A stretch of DNA of 64,000 bases from a phage: assembly GCA_036253035.1 (NCBI GenBank), contig GCA_036253035.1_4123.1. One strand, given 5' to 3'. The translations under genes were made by a program, and so were the position numbers. The notes beneath the pieces were generated by a model. The model worked only from the letters and a program-made list of their open reading frames with translations, had not been told where the DNA came from and did no database searches. Of the stretch, positions 1-9,491 are shown one piece after another (the stretch's first letter is position 1; the number at the start of each line of letters is the position of its first letter).

Positions 1-310
1 AAAATCTTGTCCCTAGCGTAGTTTAAATCACCCTTGTATAAGTTAGAGTGCGTAACTAACTCACCAGTGTACATCCATGTCCTTGCACAAAATTCATTAT
101 ATTTTATTTCCATCTTAATCTCTACTATAATTAATAAGGTAAACTCCAATATAAGGAGAACGTTCGGCGGCGGGGTATTTTTTGTTTCAGGAAACATGAA
201 CTGTACTCTGAAAAACACAATATAAAACTTTATATTAAACATATACCTTAGCATGTTTTTCAGCGGAAATTTTTTTGACCCCCCCTGCGGCCTGTCAAAA
301 TGAAACGTCT

Positions 311-547
311 CTATTTATTCAGCCTAGAAACCTTGATTTCTTCAATCCTTTTCATTGCACAAAGCCTTCGACTCGTCCTCTCGTATATATTCAATACTCG
401 CTGTAATGCATTGTCCTGATATTCCCTCACTGTTGCACGCTCAGGATTGTGTACTAAACACGAACTCTTCAAAATCGAATCCATCATGAATTCAAAACCT
501 TTCATCGTATATGGACTCATTGTTTCTGGTTCTTCAAACGTAATCAT
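311..547 (-). CDS. hypothetical protein (78 aa)
   Basis: Track ORF; co-oriented and tightly packed with neighbouring minus-strand genes; no recognisable motif. Confidence 0.45.
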   Translation of the reverse strand: MITFEEPETMSPYTMKGFEFMMDSILKSSCLVHNPERATVREYQDNALQRVLNIYERTSRRLCAMKRIEEIKVSRLNK

Positions 548-737
548 TATACCAATCCCCTATTCCCTCTAACCTTCTAAGATATCTTGCGTAAATTATT
601 TCGAAATATCTGTGCAACGAAATTACGGATTGCTCATAATCATCATTCCTGTACATTGTGCATGTCAGAAAATCATTTAACCCAAAATCTAAACTGCACT
701 TGAACTTCTCCTTAGCAACATCTCTAAAATTATTCAT
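534..737 (-). CDS. hypothetical protein (67 aa)
   Basis: Track ORF; start ATG overlaps stop of upstream small ORF (coupled). Confidence 0.45.
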   Translation of the reverse strand: MNNFRDVAKEKFKCSLDFGLNDFLTCTMYRNDDYEQSVISLHRYFEIIYARYLRRLEGIGDWYNDYV

Positions 738-891
738 AATATGTCCTCTGTACAGCGTAGGTGTACTGTGAACTCAGCACCACCAATAGGTAATCAATAT
801 TGTAAGCACGATTTCCTCGTTGACTGGCACGACTGGAATAAAGAATATTATCCACATATGTATTGAACTGATCTTCAAATAACTCTTTCAT
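730..891 (-). CDS. hypothetical small protein (53 aa, below track cutoff)
   Basis: Manually translated ATG..TAA ORF filling the 737-913 gap; stop overlaps start of 534..737; weak GGGA RBS. Confidence 0.3.
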   Translation of the reverse strand: MKELFEDQFNTYVDNILYSSRASQRGNRAYNIDYLLVVLSSQYTYAVQRTYYE

Positions 892-912
892 TAGCATCAT
901 CCCATCACAAAA

Positions 913-1455
913 TCATACATTAACAACTTTATCGATGTAATCTTCTAACATATCAATATATATGGTATTGGTTCTAACTAAAAGGTATGCAAATCCAGAG
1001 AACTCCTGTGTATAATGCTTTACAGCGTACATACAACGAAGCTTATCATTGTCATACATTGTACTGTACTGAAACAAACTCTCGTCTGATAGCTCTAATA
1101 ACGCTTGGGCTTCACTTCTCGTGAACTTCATAGGGTCATGTACTGCATCACAAAAACAAACCTGTGTCTCGCTATTGAAACCCTGTGATAGATATATACC
1201 TTCACACTCGGAACGCACCGATACGGCATTATAACTATGTGTTGCCCCCATCATATCTGAACTCAAAACTAAAATCAACCCATTTTTATTTTTAATCAAC
1301 AAATCTGACTTAAGGGATTTGATCTCCGTATGGGAAATATCACCAAATCTTCCGGGAACCTCAAACTTATCAACGTTGTATACAATCTTTTGTACTTGCT
1401 CTTTTAAACGCTTAATTGCACTTCTGTCTTTTTCTAATGTATCTAATAAACTCAT
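913..1455 (-). CDS. hypothetical protein, EEFFQ-motif paralog family
   Basis: Motif ESLFQYSTMYDND; start moved to internal ATG (MSLLDT) preceded by AAGGAAAG, which removes overlap with upstream gene. Confidence 0.55.
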   Translation of the reverse strand: MSLLDTLEKDRSAIKRLKEQVQKIVYNVDKFEVPGRFGDISHTEIKSLKSDLLIKNKNGLILVLSSDMMGATHSYNAVSVRSECEGIYLSQGFNSETQVCFCDAVHDPMKFTRSEAQALLELSDESLFQYSTMYDNDKLRCMYAVKHYTQEFSGFAYLLVRTNTIYIDMLEDYIDKVVNV

Positions 1456-1465
1456 TGTACTTTCC

Positions 1466-1807
1466 TTACATATTTGTATCGAACAATACGGAACTGCGAA
1501 CGTCATTGATCGACAATTCATGTACATATATATTTTGTCTGAACAAAGGAACTAATTGAACTAAACTTTGTTGCATAATAATATGCATATGTACATTGTC
1601 ATATGCCGTTTCGTATTGGAAACGTGCTGCTTCATCTTCTATGAAATTAGGAACTTGGACTGGATTTTCAAAATTTGTTCTTGAACTGAACTGCACATCA
1701 TTGTCCTGTACTTTAATACCATATGCATTATCATCATCATATACATCTAATTCAATTAAACTACCATCACTTTTTATGTTTACCACACAAACCGAAAATC
1801 GACTCAT
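1466..1807 (-). CDS. hypothetical protein, EEFFQ-motif family (divergent)
   Basis: Track ORF; motif ARFQYETAYDN resembles family core. Confidence 0.5.
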   Translation of the reverse strand: MSRFSVCVVNIKSDGSLIELDVYDDDNAYGIKVQDNDVQFSSRTNFENPVQVPNFIEDEAARFQYETAYDNVHMHIIMQQSLVQLVPLFRQNIYVHELSINDVRSSVLFDTNM

Positions 1808-2319
1808 AAACCTATTTCCTCTAAATCTTTGACAAATGTATCATAATCCGATAATGACAAAAATATGTCTGTACTGATGTTCTGACGTAATGTATTAAAC
1901 AAATTATGTACCTGTAATAAATCAGGTGAATAAATCAGGGATTGCTGGAAATACGATTCTTCTGTATCTAATATATCCCTGCACTCAATTTCACGAACTC
2001 GTTGGTATATTGAATTTAATAATACATTTTCATCTTTGAGCATTGGAAGGTATCGGATGTACATGTTCTCCATCAACTCATCTTGGATTGAACCCCTGAA
2101 CTGCAACACGTATTCAAAACACATCACTACATCTTGTAGGTAATTGGCACTGTACTGATTACTATACACGATTTTATGACAACTGAACTCGGAATCATTT
2201 CTGAACCAATTGTTACCCTCTTTCCTGTACTTATGACTAAGCTTCCCATCCTCCAACGCTCGAATAAACTTCATAATGTTAATTGCAAAATCATATGAAT
2301 GATGCTTGTGTTGATGCAT
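1804..2319 (-). CDS. hypothetical protein, EEFFQ-motif family
   Basis: Motif EESYFQQSLIYSPD; 4-nt overlap with downstream gene. Confidence 0.6.
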   Translation of the reverse strand: MHQHKHHSYDFAINIMKFIRALEDGKLSHKYRKEGNNWFRNDSEFSCHKIVYSNQYSANYLQDVVMCFEYVLQFRGSIQDELMENMYIRYLPMLKDENVLLNSIYQRVREIECRDILDTEESYFQQSLIYSPDLLQVHNLFNTLRQNISTDIFLSLSDYDTFVKDLEEIGL

Positions 2320-2327
2320 TTTTTACC

Positions 2328-2522
2328 TCAATTCTGTCCGAAAAAATAACCAAAATGTTTAAAGCAAGAAAGCATTACTATGTTCATCACTCTATCATCA
2401 AATTCATCTTGTGTTTCTGCACATAATGTTTCACTGATATTCATATGTAATAATTCAAGCTGGAAACTATCGGTGAACCAATCAAACTTACGGTATTTTT
2501 GTTTAATATCAATTATAAGCAT
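2328..2522 (-). CDS. hypothetical protein (64 aa)
   Basis: Track ORF fitting gap between flanking genes. Confidence 0.4.
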   Translation of the reverse strand: MLIIDIKQKYRKFDWFTDSFQLELLHMNISETLCAETQDEFDDRVMNIVMLSCFKHFGYFFGQN

Positions 2523-2523
2523 A

Positions 2524-3147
2524 CTATATATCCAACCCTTTTACAACATCTACGAAATGTTCAAACACTTCTTTTGAAAAATAACCTCCTTCACAAAAAA
2601 GCATACTAAACGGTGGCAGCATGTCCGATAACTCTTTAGCTAAATTGATTTCTGCTCTTAACTCTTGAACATCAATGATATCATGTACTAAAGATAATTG
2701 AAACATGAATGCATCTACATCTTCATTCATTTCTGAATTGTAATATAACTCTTCAGGGAATTTGTCGGTTTCGTAATAATAAAAAACTTTATTGTTGAAC
2801 ACACCACTAATAGGAACATCATTTTCATCTTTCTTTGAAATGTTTGTTTCCCATGACTCGATGTTATTAGGAACAAAAAAATCATAGGCTGATTTAGAAC
2901 CCTGTACTGAATCCAACTTTATTCCATAATATTCCGTATCCATGTATTTCTGCTGCAATGTAATACCACGTGTACTGACATTCACTTGGAATATATCATC
3001 TTTATCTGGAACACTAAATGGAATACATAACACTGAATTCTCAGGGTATTTGGCAATGAATGCATCCAGCACTTTATTAAGCACTGGAATGGCAATTTTA
3101 CTGTACTGCATCAAATCATACATTTTAATTCTGGTCATATCATTCAC
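2524..3147 (-). CDS. hypothetical protein, EEFFQ-motif family
   Basis: Motif MFQLSLVHDIIDV. Confidence 0.6.
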   Translation of the reverse strand: MNDMTRIKMYDLMQYSKIAIPVLNKVLDAFIAKYPENSVLCIPFSVPDKDDIFQVNVSTRGITLQQKYMDTEYYGIKLDSVQGSKSAYDFFVPNNIESWETNISKKDENDVPISGVFNNKVFYYYETDKFPEELYYNSEMNEDVDAFMFQLSLVHDIIDVQELRAEINLAKELSDMLPPFSMLFCEGGYFSKEVFEHFVDVVKGLDI

Positions 3148-3667
3148 CTGTGTATGTTTTCACCCTTAGCGATTCAAAATCCCATACATCACTGATTGTA
3201 CCATTGTGCCTGTAATCATAATATTCTACTAATACATTATACAATAACTTCAACGATACAAATTCATGATTCCACGGAGCTTTATTCTCATGAACACATT
3301 TGGTGATATAAGGTATAATATATAAACTAAACAACACTAATGGTGAATGTATACATTGCATTTGAAAATATTCTTCTTCTTGCATACAATGTTCAGGAAT
3401 AATTAGATCATAATGTGTCTCAAATAAATGTAAACCTATTGTGGTTTTTTTCGTATCACATGCGTACCATATTGTACTATCCGAAATAAATGGAATGATA
3501 CCATTATTGTTTGCAATGTACATCATATGGTAAGAGCGATTTGTCTTGTTAAATATCTCGATACTTTCGATATTACTACAAATCATGTATTCAAGACAAT
3601 CAATGATCTTATCTTTAAATGCACCAATTTCATTGAATGTCATTGATTTCTGCACGTCACTGCTCAT
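3140..3667 (-). CDS. hypothetical protein, EEFFQ-motif family
   Basis: Motif EEEYFQMQCIHSPL. Confidence 0.6.
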   Translation of the reverse strand: MSSDVQKSMTFNEIGAFKDKIIDCLEYMICSNIESIEIFNKTNRSYHMMYIANNNGIIPFISDSTIWYACDTKKTTIGLHLFETHYDLIIPEHCMQEEEYFQMQCIHSPLVLFSLYIIPYITKCVHENKAPWNHEFVSLKLLYNVLVEYYDYRHNGTISDVWDFESLRVKTYTGE

Positions 3668-4206
3668 ATGTTCTCCTTAAAAAAATTCAAATACTCTTCA
3701 TTGAAAGCATATGTATCATCTTTTTTGTTATGCACCACATAATCATAAAGAGCTATGAATGCAGGGATTATGATCTTACATGATTTATTATTGTATTTGT
3801 ACTGCTCCAAATCAACGGTATTCAATTTAGCAATAAGCATAGCAACAAAGATATCTTCATGGCGGTGTACTGTACTGTACTGAAAATATTCATCCTCTCC
3901 AATATCAGGATGATATAACGGTATATCCAAATTATTACGAATTGACATTTTATATTTTTGTAATGCAGCTAAATGCATGAACCACAATCTATCTTCATTG
4001 AAATATGGAAAAATAATTTGGTCTGTGCTAACAAAAATTTCCTCATTTTTATCGTATTCCACAAGAGGTGCATACATTTTATTTTTTGCAGATCTAATAA
4101 TTAAATTAAAAATATAATGAATCTTATGAACTGCACTTGATGCATCTTCGTATGTACTTGGGATTATGAAACTCACTATATGTTCTCCTTTAAAATGATT
4201 ACACAT
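3664..4206 (-). CDS. hypothetical protein, EEFFQ-motif family
   Basis: Motif EDEYFQYSTVHRHE; start moved to internal ATG (MCNHF) to avoid 80-nt overlap; alternative GTG start with AAAGGAG RBS 30 nt further downstream. Confidence 0.5.
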   Translation of the reverse strand: MCNHFKGEHIVSFIIPSTYEDASSAVHKIHYIFNLIIRSAKNKMYAPLVEYDKNEEIFVSTDQIIFPYFNEDRLWFMHLAALQKYKMSIRNNLDIPLYHPDIGEDEYFQYSTVHRHEDIFVAMLIAKLNTVDLEQYKYNNKSCKIIIPAFIALYDYVVHNKKDDTYAFNEEYLNFFKENI

Positions 4207-4258
4207 GATAACAGCTTTGCACTTCTTTGTCAATACCAAAACGAAAAAAGCCCATATC

Positions 4259-4765
4259 TTACGATACAGGCGTGCTGGGAATGTTGATTTGGATTTCATT
4301 GTACAAATCATCAATATATAGACATGAAAAAAACACACTATCTTTTAATATATTGTTGTGATAAAGCATTTTAAATACTACATAAAAAAATAAATCAATA
4401 TCATCATGGACTAAATTCTGTTGAAACCACCACTCTTCCGTTAAATCTTCGGCATTAAAATCATCAGGAACTACAAGGGATGACATATCACCATCTTTTG
4501 TGTAATCAAACCACATGTCGTCATTCGGATAACGTTCATGCTTCTCTGGGTAACAATTGCTGGGATTAAATGTTAAAATATTAAACCCCGTAGAGCAACG
4601 TTCTTTGTTTAGAAATGTATTATTCCATACCTGATATTTTTCACCAACATCAAGCTCTTCTGTTACTGATTTTATTGCACATAATGTACTGTATATTGTT
4701 TCTATCTTGTGAACAAATTTAAAGGCAGCATCTAAGCTGAACTCTAAATCATACATGTACTGCAT
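4259..4765 (-). CDS. hypothetical protein, EEFFQ-motif family
   Basis: Motif TEEWWFQQNLVHDDIDL. Confidence 0.6.
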   Translation of the reverse strand: MQYMYDLEFSLDAAFKFVHKIETIYSTLCAIKSVTEELDVGEKYQVWNNTFLNKERCSTGFNILTFNPSNCYPEKHERYPNDDMWFDYTKDGDMSSLVVPDDFNAEDLTEEWWFQQNLVHDDIDLFFYVVFKMLYHNNILKDSVFFSCLYIDDLYNEIQINIPSTPVS

Positions 4766-5085
4766 AAAATTACCTCAACTAAAGCAAGGACTGTATTGAA
4801 TTCCAAATTACTTGTAATTCCTTGAAGGTACATATACTTTGCTACTACATATTTCTGTACTAAATTATAATTATTAAATTCCTCAAAATTGTAATTTAGA
4901 ACAAAATCTGTACTCAAAAATAACTTATGCATCTCTAATGCACTTTGATAATACGCGTACAACTCACTGATATCAATACTGGTTAAATTATATTGTTCAT
5001 ATCTATGATATGGGATGGCTTCAATTTCAATACTATAAAACCATTCTCTTAACTTATTAATATCAAATGTATTATTCAGCTTCAT
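4744..5085 (-). CDS. hypothetical protein
   Basis: Track ORF; partial family resemblance (YNFEEFNNYNLV). Confidence 0.5.
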   Translation of the reverse strand: MKLNNTFDINKLREWFYSIEIEAIPYHRYEQYNLTSIDISELYAYYQSALEMHKLFLSTDFVLNYNFEEFNNYNLVQKYVVAKYMYLQGITSNLEFNTVLALVEVILCSTCMI

Positions 5086-5629
5086 AACTCAATACCTCCA
5101 TTAAACACTCATACACACCATCAATCGCATAAGCACAAAAATTGAAATTAATTTTGTGATTCTTGTGTAATGGACTATTGTGTACTGTACTAATAAGGAC
5201 ATTATAAAACAACAAACGCACTGGCACAAGCAATGAACCTTGGAAAAATTCTTCCTCTGATTTATATGTATTGTACTCTATTGTTTTATTCGTTTCTGTA
5301 TCATATTTTACCATTACTAACGGGGCATTTTTATTATACCATGTGTACTCTAAATCATTCTTTCCAATAACAGCACCAGGTGCGAAATCCAAAAGACCAA
5401 TAACACTACTGGCATTTGGGGTATCAGGTGTATTGAATCGTTTATCAAAATGACTCGTGCACGCAATATATGTATTGTACTTCGATGGAATAATACCAAT
5501 ACATTTGTGAATATGACGCTTGTAATCTTTCTGTGCATTATATAAGGCTGCAACAATACAAGCTAACTTTTGTCCCATAAGGATTGCATTAGCGTAGGTG
5601 TACTGAATTTCATTGTACTTCCAGATCAT
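5072..5629 (-). CDS. hypothetical protein, EEFFQ-motif family
   Basis: Motif SEEEFFQGSLLVPV. Confidence 0.6.
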   Translation of the reverse strand: MIWKYNEIQYTYANAILMGQKLACIVAALYNAQKDYKRHIHKCIGIIPSKYNTYIACTSHFDKRFNTPDTPNASSVIGLLDFAPGAVIGKNDLEYTWYNKNAPLVMVKYDTETNKTIEYNTYKSEEEFFQGSLLVPVRLLFYNVLISTVHNSPLHKNHKINFNFCAYAIDGVYECLMEVLSYEAE

Positions 5630-5927
5630 GGAACATCCCCATTTTACCTGAATTATTTTGGATTATGAATTCATTAACCGCTTTCTGAATATTCCTTAAT
5701 AATAGCAAATCAAATCCATTTGTATCAAGCACAAATTGCATTTGGAAAAATTCTTCTTCTGATAATGTATTAAAATCGACAAAATTATCTATTATTACGT
5801 CATTATCCAAATGTGCCATGTACCATGTATTTCTATCGTGTCGTTTAATAAAATTCCATCCATCTGAATAATCGGATTCTAATTCTACATATACCCCTGA
5901 TACTGTATTAAGCATTTTATACTTCAT
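5610..5927 (-). CDS. hypothetical protein, EEFFQ-motif family
   Basis: Motif LSEEEFFQMQFVLD. Confidence 0.6.
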   Translation of the reverse strand: MKYKMLNTVSGVYVELESDYSDGWNFIKRHDRNTWYMAHLDNDVIIDNFVDFNTLSEEEFFQMQFVLDTNGFDLLLLRNIQKAVNEFIIQNNSGKMGMFHDLEVQ

Positions 5928-6462
5928 AACTATATCCTTGCATTAATAAATCATAAACTACATGGACTAAATTCAATTGAATATAAAATTTTAAACCTTT
6001 AATTAATGGATTCAAATGCATTGTACTGAATAACATTAGATACATCATCTCATGCGGTTTTGTGATTAATGATTTTTGAAATACTTCAGCTTCATCATAA
6101 GGGTCTATGAACTGAAATTTGTCTTCATCATAATTTGTATTGGAATGCTGATATATAAAATAATCATCATTGGTATTGTACCACAAATACCCTTCGAATC
6201 CTGTACTAACACCTTTGGTCAATGGGGATGCTGATACTGGATTTGAACTGATTAATGCACCTACATCAACCTTTCCTGATGCATCACTGTTCTCGATTTC
6301 AATATCAATGTAATTCCTTGCGATAACCTCTGTTAATGTCAAATATAAACTACCACCTGTCCTCTGACTCAGGATTCCATCTATCTGCGATATAGGATGG
6401 TTGTTATTTAGGATAAGCATTATTGTACTAATCTTGTGTGCTAATAATTCTATCTCATTCAT
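5917..6462 (-). CDS. hypothetical protein, EEFFQ-motif family
   Basis: Motif DEAEVFQKSLITKP. Confidence 0.6.
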   Translation of the reverse strand: MNEIELLAHKISTIMLILNNNHPISQIDGILSQRTGGSLYLTLTEVIARNYIDIEIENSDASGKVDVGALISSNPVSASPLTKGVSTGFEGYLWYNTNDDYFIYQHSNTNYDEDKFQFIDPYDEAEVFQKSLITKPHEMMYLMLFSTMHLNPLIKGLKFYIQLNLVHVVYDLLMQGYSYEV

Positions 6463-6470
6463 AATTCGCC

Positions 6471-6662
6471 TTATGGATTCGGGTGCAATAAATGATCTTG
6501 GTATATTAAATGCTCTTGCGATATTGTACTCAAATAATAACTAAAATTTTCAATACCACCATTTAAATGAATTTTATAATATAAATTTATACTCACCAAT
6601 AAAGAATCATTTAAAACATTTATCGTTTTTGTATTTTTGTGCTCTTTGTGCGGTGTGTGCAT
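6471..6662 (-). CDS. hypothetical protein (63 aa), uncertain
   Basis: Track ORF in AT-rich gap; ATG preceded by AAGAGAAG; low-complexity composition. Confidence 0.3.
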   Translation of the reverse strand: MHTPHKEHKNTKTINVLNDSLLVSINLYYKIHLNGGIENFSYYLSTISQEHLIYQDHLLHPNP

Positions 6663-6810
6663 TAATGTTCTTCTCTTAAAAAGCGTTTGATGGCATAATC
6701 TAAATAAAATTCATAACACATACTATCTCTGTTCTTTATCCATATTTTGTAATCGGATTTTATATTACGCAACAAATAATTTGTATTAATTGTGTAATAA
6801 TCTAATCGCC

Positions 6811-7197
6811 CTAATCGTTCCATTTAATAGGATACTCCTTTCCTTGTACTATGTACGACAAAATCCATCCGTAATGAATAGGATGATTTTTGTCTGAATC
6901 AGGAATAAAATATAAAGCTGTACTTGGATTATGACTGAATAAATCTTTATTGTCAAATGTAAAATGTGATAATATAATTTTCCTTGTAATTGGACGAATA
7001 ACATTCTTAACACTGAACTCTGATCCTTTGTATTTTTCCGATAATTCAAATAATGCATCTGTAATTAAATCACTGAACTCTTGAATTACAAAATTCTGAT
7101 AAAATGCATTAATCTCTTTAAACTCTGTATACATTTCACTTCTTGTATTCAAAAGGAATATTACTTGTTTAAGATCCTGTACTATTGTTGGGTTCAT
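6811..7197 (-). CDS. hypothetical protein (128 aa)
   Basis: Track ORF; preferred over alternate-frame 6849..7058. Confidence 0.5.
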   Translation of the reverse strand: MNPTIVQDLKQVIFLLNTRSEMYTEFKEINAFYQNFVIQEFSDLITDALFELSEKYKGSEFSVKNVIRPITRKIILSHFTFDNKDLFSHNPSTALYFIPDSDKNHPIHYGWILSYIVQGKEYPIKWND

Positions 7198-7435
7198 ATT
7201 TGTTTATCTCATTATGTACCTTAAGCATCAAAATTTGCATATGAATTTTTTGTTCAAGGTGCTTGATAAATTTCTGTGCCATTTCTTCTTGTTCCGATGT
7301 ACCAAGATAAAATAACAGATTAAATTCTGATAATCGCAAAGAAAAATCTTCATCACCACCCTTTAAACAAAAATCCCTGTACTTTGTAGCGTACAAATAT
7401 TGGTTTACTTTTTTATAATACCCTGTGTTTTGCAT
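7169..7435 (-). CDS. small protein, LGTNYQE-family outlier
   Basis: Motif FYLGTSEQEEMAQKFIKHL matches the 9.8-15.4 kb array family. Confidence 0.5.
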   Translation of the reverse strand: MQNTGYYKKVNQYLYATKYRDFCLKGGDEDFSLRLSEFNLLFYLGTSEQEEMAQKFIKHLEQKIHMQILMLKVHNEINKYEPNNSTGS

Positions 7436-7620
7436 ACGATCTCCGTTCGCAATGAACTTATATAATAATGAATGTATTGTTCCTGTGAACGTGTTCCAAG
7501 AAAAATAAACATATCAAACTCTGTTCTTTTTAAATTCAATGCATCTTTTGTTAAACTAGTACTGAATTCCCTGTACTTTTGGGTCTTCCATTCTTGATTA
7601 ATTGTCTTGTACATTGACAT
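7405..7620 (-). CDS. small protein, LGTNYQE-family outlier
   Basis: Motif IFLGTRSQEQYIHYYISSL. Confidence 0.5.
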   Translation of the reverse strand: MSMYKTINQEWKTQKYREFSTSLTKDALNLKRTEFDMFIFLGTRSQEQYIHYYISSLRTEIVCKTQGIIKK

Positions 7621-7918
7621 ATATGGTTCTTCCTTGTGTGCCTTGTATTAGCCTATCAAACACATCGAGCATCACTTTTTGAATATTAATTAGTACTGGC
7701 ATCGTGCAAATATCAATGTCATATACTAAGCTGTACTGGAATAATTCATCTTCCTGCATTTGTACTAAATTAGGTAAAGGATAATTGTCTGCCTCTTCAT
7801 CCTGGTACTTGAAATGCATAACACCATCCTTTTTGTACAATAGAATGTCAAGATCACCTAACTCATCAGCATAACCAAATATACATACATTAGATGTTTT
7901 TGCTATATTAAATTTCAT
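7598..7918 (-). CDS. hypothetical protein, EEFFQ-motif family
   Basis: Motif QEDELFQYSLVYDIDI. Confidence 0.55.
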   Translation of the reverse strand: MKFNIAKTSNVCIFGYADELGDLDILLYKKDGVMHFKYQDEEADNYPLPNLVQMQEDELFQYSLVYDIDICTMPVLINIQKVMLDVFDRLIQGTQGRTIYVNVQDN

Positions 7919-8724
7919 GATTTATATTGTTCCTTAAAAACACCACAATGATAATTTTTATTGTATTGTGTAATACTATAATCACACGGCATTGTCCCGC
8001 ACGAAGCTCTGTGTTTTAAACGTTCCAATACCTTATCGTAATCTTTACTGAAAATGCCATTTTCATTAGGCGTAGCAATCATTAATGCTTGCTCATATAA
8101 ATCTTTTGTTCTTGTTGAACCATGCGAATGTTTGTTAAAATAAAATACATATTCAACTTCCCAATTACTTCTTAAATAGGATATTCCGTAATTGGTAATC
8201 ATATAATAATGTAAATCCTTGTAATAATTGAATGTCTTATCTGTATTAATCAAAATATATGAAGAACTATCATTGTCCTTAATAACAAATAAACGACCAA
8301 TCTTATTTTCTTTATCTTTAACTAATTGTCTAATTTCATCACCTTCTTCAAATTTACGATGCACTTCAATTACAGATTTAGCAATCCCAGTCTGTACTAA
8401 AGATTCATATGCTGCGTACATAAAATCACTTACATGACCTAAACCAACATCTTCTTTTCTTGGTGTCTCTGTTGTATTGACAAACATATTCAATAACTTT
8501 TCAATTGAAAAATCAGTACTGCAATCTTTATTAATTTTAATTTTTTCTCGAATCTCTTCCTTTAATGCATTAATATATTGCTCTTGTGCTGCTTCCTGAT
8601 AATTTGTACCAAGATATAAACTCAAGGCAACTGAACCTTTGTAAGATGCTGATTTCTTTAAATCACCAGAACTAAATTTTTTCATAATCAAATTGGTTGC
8701 TTCAGATTCTGTTAAAAATTTCAT
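7915..8724 (-). CDS. hypothetical protein with N-terminal LGTNYQE-family module fused to larger C-terminal domain
   Basis: N-terminal 60 aa contains LYLGTNYQEAAQEQYINALKEEI; 269 aa total. Confidence 0.6.
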   Translation of the reverse strand: MKFLTESEATNLIMKKFSSGDLKKSASYKGSVALSLYLGTNYQEAAQEQYINALKEEIREKIKINKDCSTDFSIEKLLNMFVNTTETPRKEDVGLGHVSDFMYAAYESLVQTGIAKSVIEVHRKFEEGDEIRQLVKDKENKIGRLFVIKDNDSSSYILINTDKTFNYYKDLHYYMITNYGISYLRSNWEVEYVFYFNKHSHGSTRTKDLYEQALMIATPNENGIFSKDYDKVLERLKHRASCGTMPCDYSITQYNKNYHCGVFKEQYKS

Positions 8725-8832
8725 ATCATTGTACCTTATCTTAAAATTGAATAGGTAAACATGTTAACACTATTCAAATGGAGTGTCAACATTGATCTTC
8801 ATTCTGTGAATATTAAATTTCATATTCTTCTC

Positions 8833-9183
8833 TTATATGTGGAATTCACATACGTGTTGAACAAAATTCTTTGGAAGATGACAATGTGCAATCATCTGCT
8901 GTTGCACTTTCTTCATATCTTCTAATGTAAAACCTAAAGAATCATCGTGTACTAACATGTACTGAAACTCTTCTTCTTCAGAGATAGAACATAAATTCGG
9001 TACTGAAATTGTATTTGTTTTTCTTGCACCTAATTTCCAATGAAAAGAATTATTACATTTTCTGTACTCAAATATCTTCAACCCAGAACCCGTATTAAAA
9101 TCAGCTACTACAATGTAACATGAATTCTTACGTACAATACAATTGAATTTACGCATTATCTCCACCTCACTCCGTCTGTACAA
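8833..9183 (-). CDS. hypothetical protein, EEFFQ-motif family
   Basis: Motif SEEEEFQYMLVHDDSL. Confidence 0.55.
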   Translation of the reverse strand: MYRRSEVEIMRKFNCIVRKNSCYIVVADFNTGSGLKIFEYRKCNNSFHWKLGARKTNTISVPNLCSISEEEEFQYMLVHDDSLGFTLEDMKKVQQQMIAHCHLPKNFVQHVCEFHI

Positions 9184-9401
9184 GAGTACTGGTACGTTGT
9201 CGTTAGGGTAGGGACCATGTTCGTAATTGGCATGTTGTTAACAATAACCGTAACAGGCATAAGAATCGTCTCTACTCTACTCTGTCCTGTCCTTGTGCAA
9301 TTCATCTTCTGCATTTCATCTGAATCCATGAAATACAATACAAATGGTGCAATCCCAAGAACAATACACAAGACGATAAGGAAATTTAAAAAATTCAACA
9401 T
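9156..9401 (-). CDS. hypothetical protein with hydrophobic N-terminus
   Basis: ATG start; own promoter-like TTGACA-N17-TATAGT just upstream; N-terminal MLNFLNFLIVLCIVLGIAPFVLYF. Confidence 0.45.
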   Translation of the reverse strand: MLNFLNFLIVLCIVLGIAPFVLYFMDSDEMQKMNCTRTGQSRVETILMPVTVIVNNMPITNMVPTLTTTYQYSCTDGVRWR

Positions 9402-9430
9402 AATCTGTACCCTATGATTAACGTTGGTGC

Positions 9431-9459
9431 ACTATATCAGTAATGAAAAGTACTGTCAA
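9431..9459 (-). promoter_or_regulatory. sigma70-like promoter (TTGACA-N17-TATAGT)
   Basis: Minus-strand -35 at 9454-9459 and -10 at 9431-9436, upstream of gene 9156..9401. Confidence 0.45.
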
Positions 9460-9491
9460 GAACATTTGTACTCTCAGTACTATCAGAACTC

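Noticed and set aside
34-225. 63-aa plus-strand ORF at the left edge
   Set aside because: TTG start, no RBS, low-complexity translation, orientation opposite to every neighbouring gene.
1319-1555. Plus-strand ORFs antisense to minus-strand gene blocks (also 1596..1832, 2380..2577, 2942..3169, 5271..5453, 8228..8437, 9217..9417, 14145..14342, 14914..15126, 16189..16473, 16692..16886, 20040..20252, 20156..20407, 22931..23311, 24764..25072, 26487..26762, 26644..26883, 28823..29086, 29888..30133, 30509..30697, 30827..31063, 33873..34160)
   Set aside because: Fully embedded opposite better-supported genes, no RBS or promoter context, no family membership.
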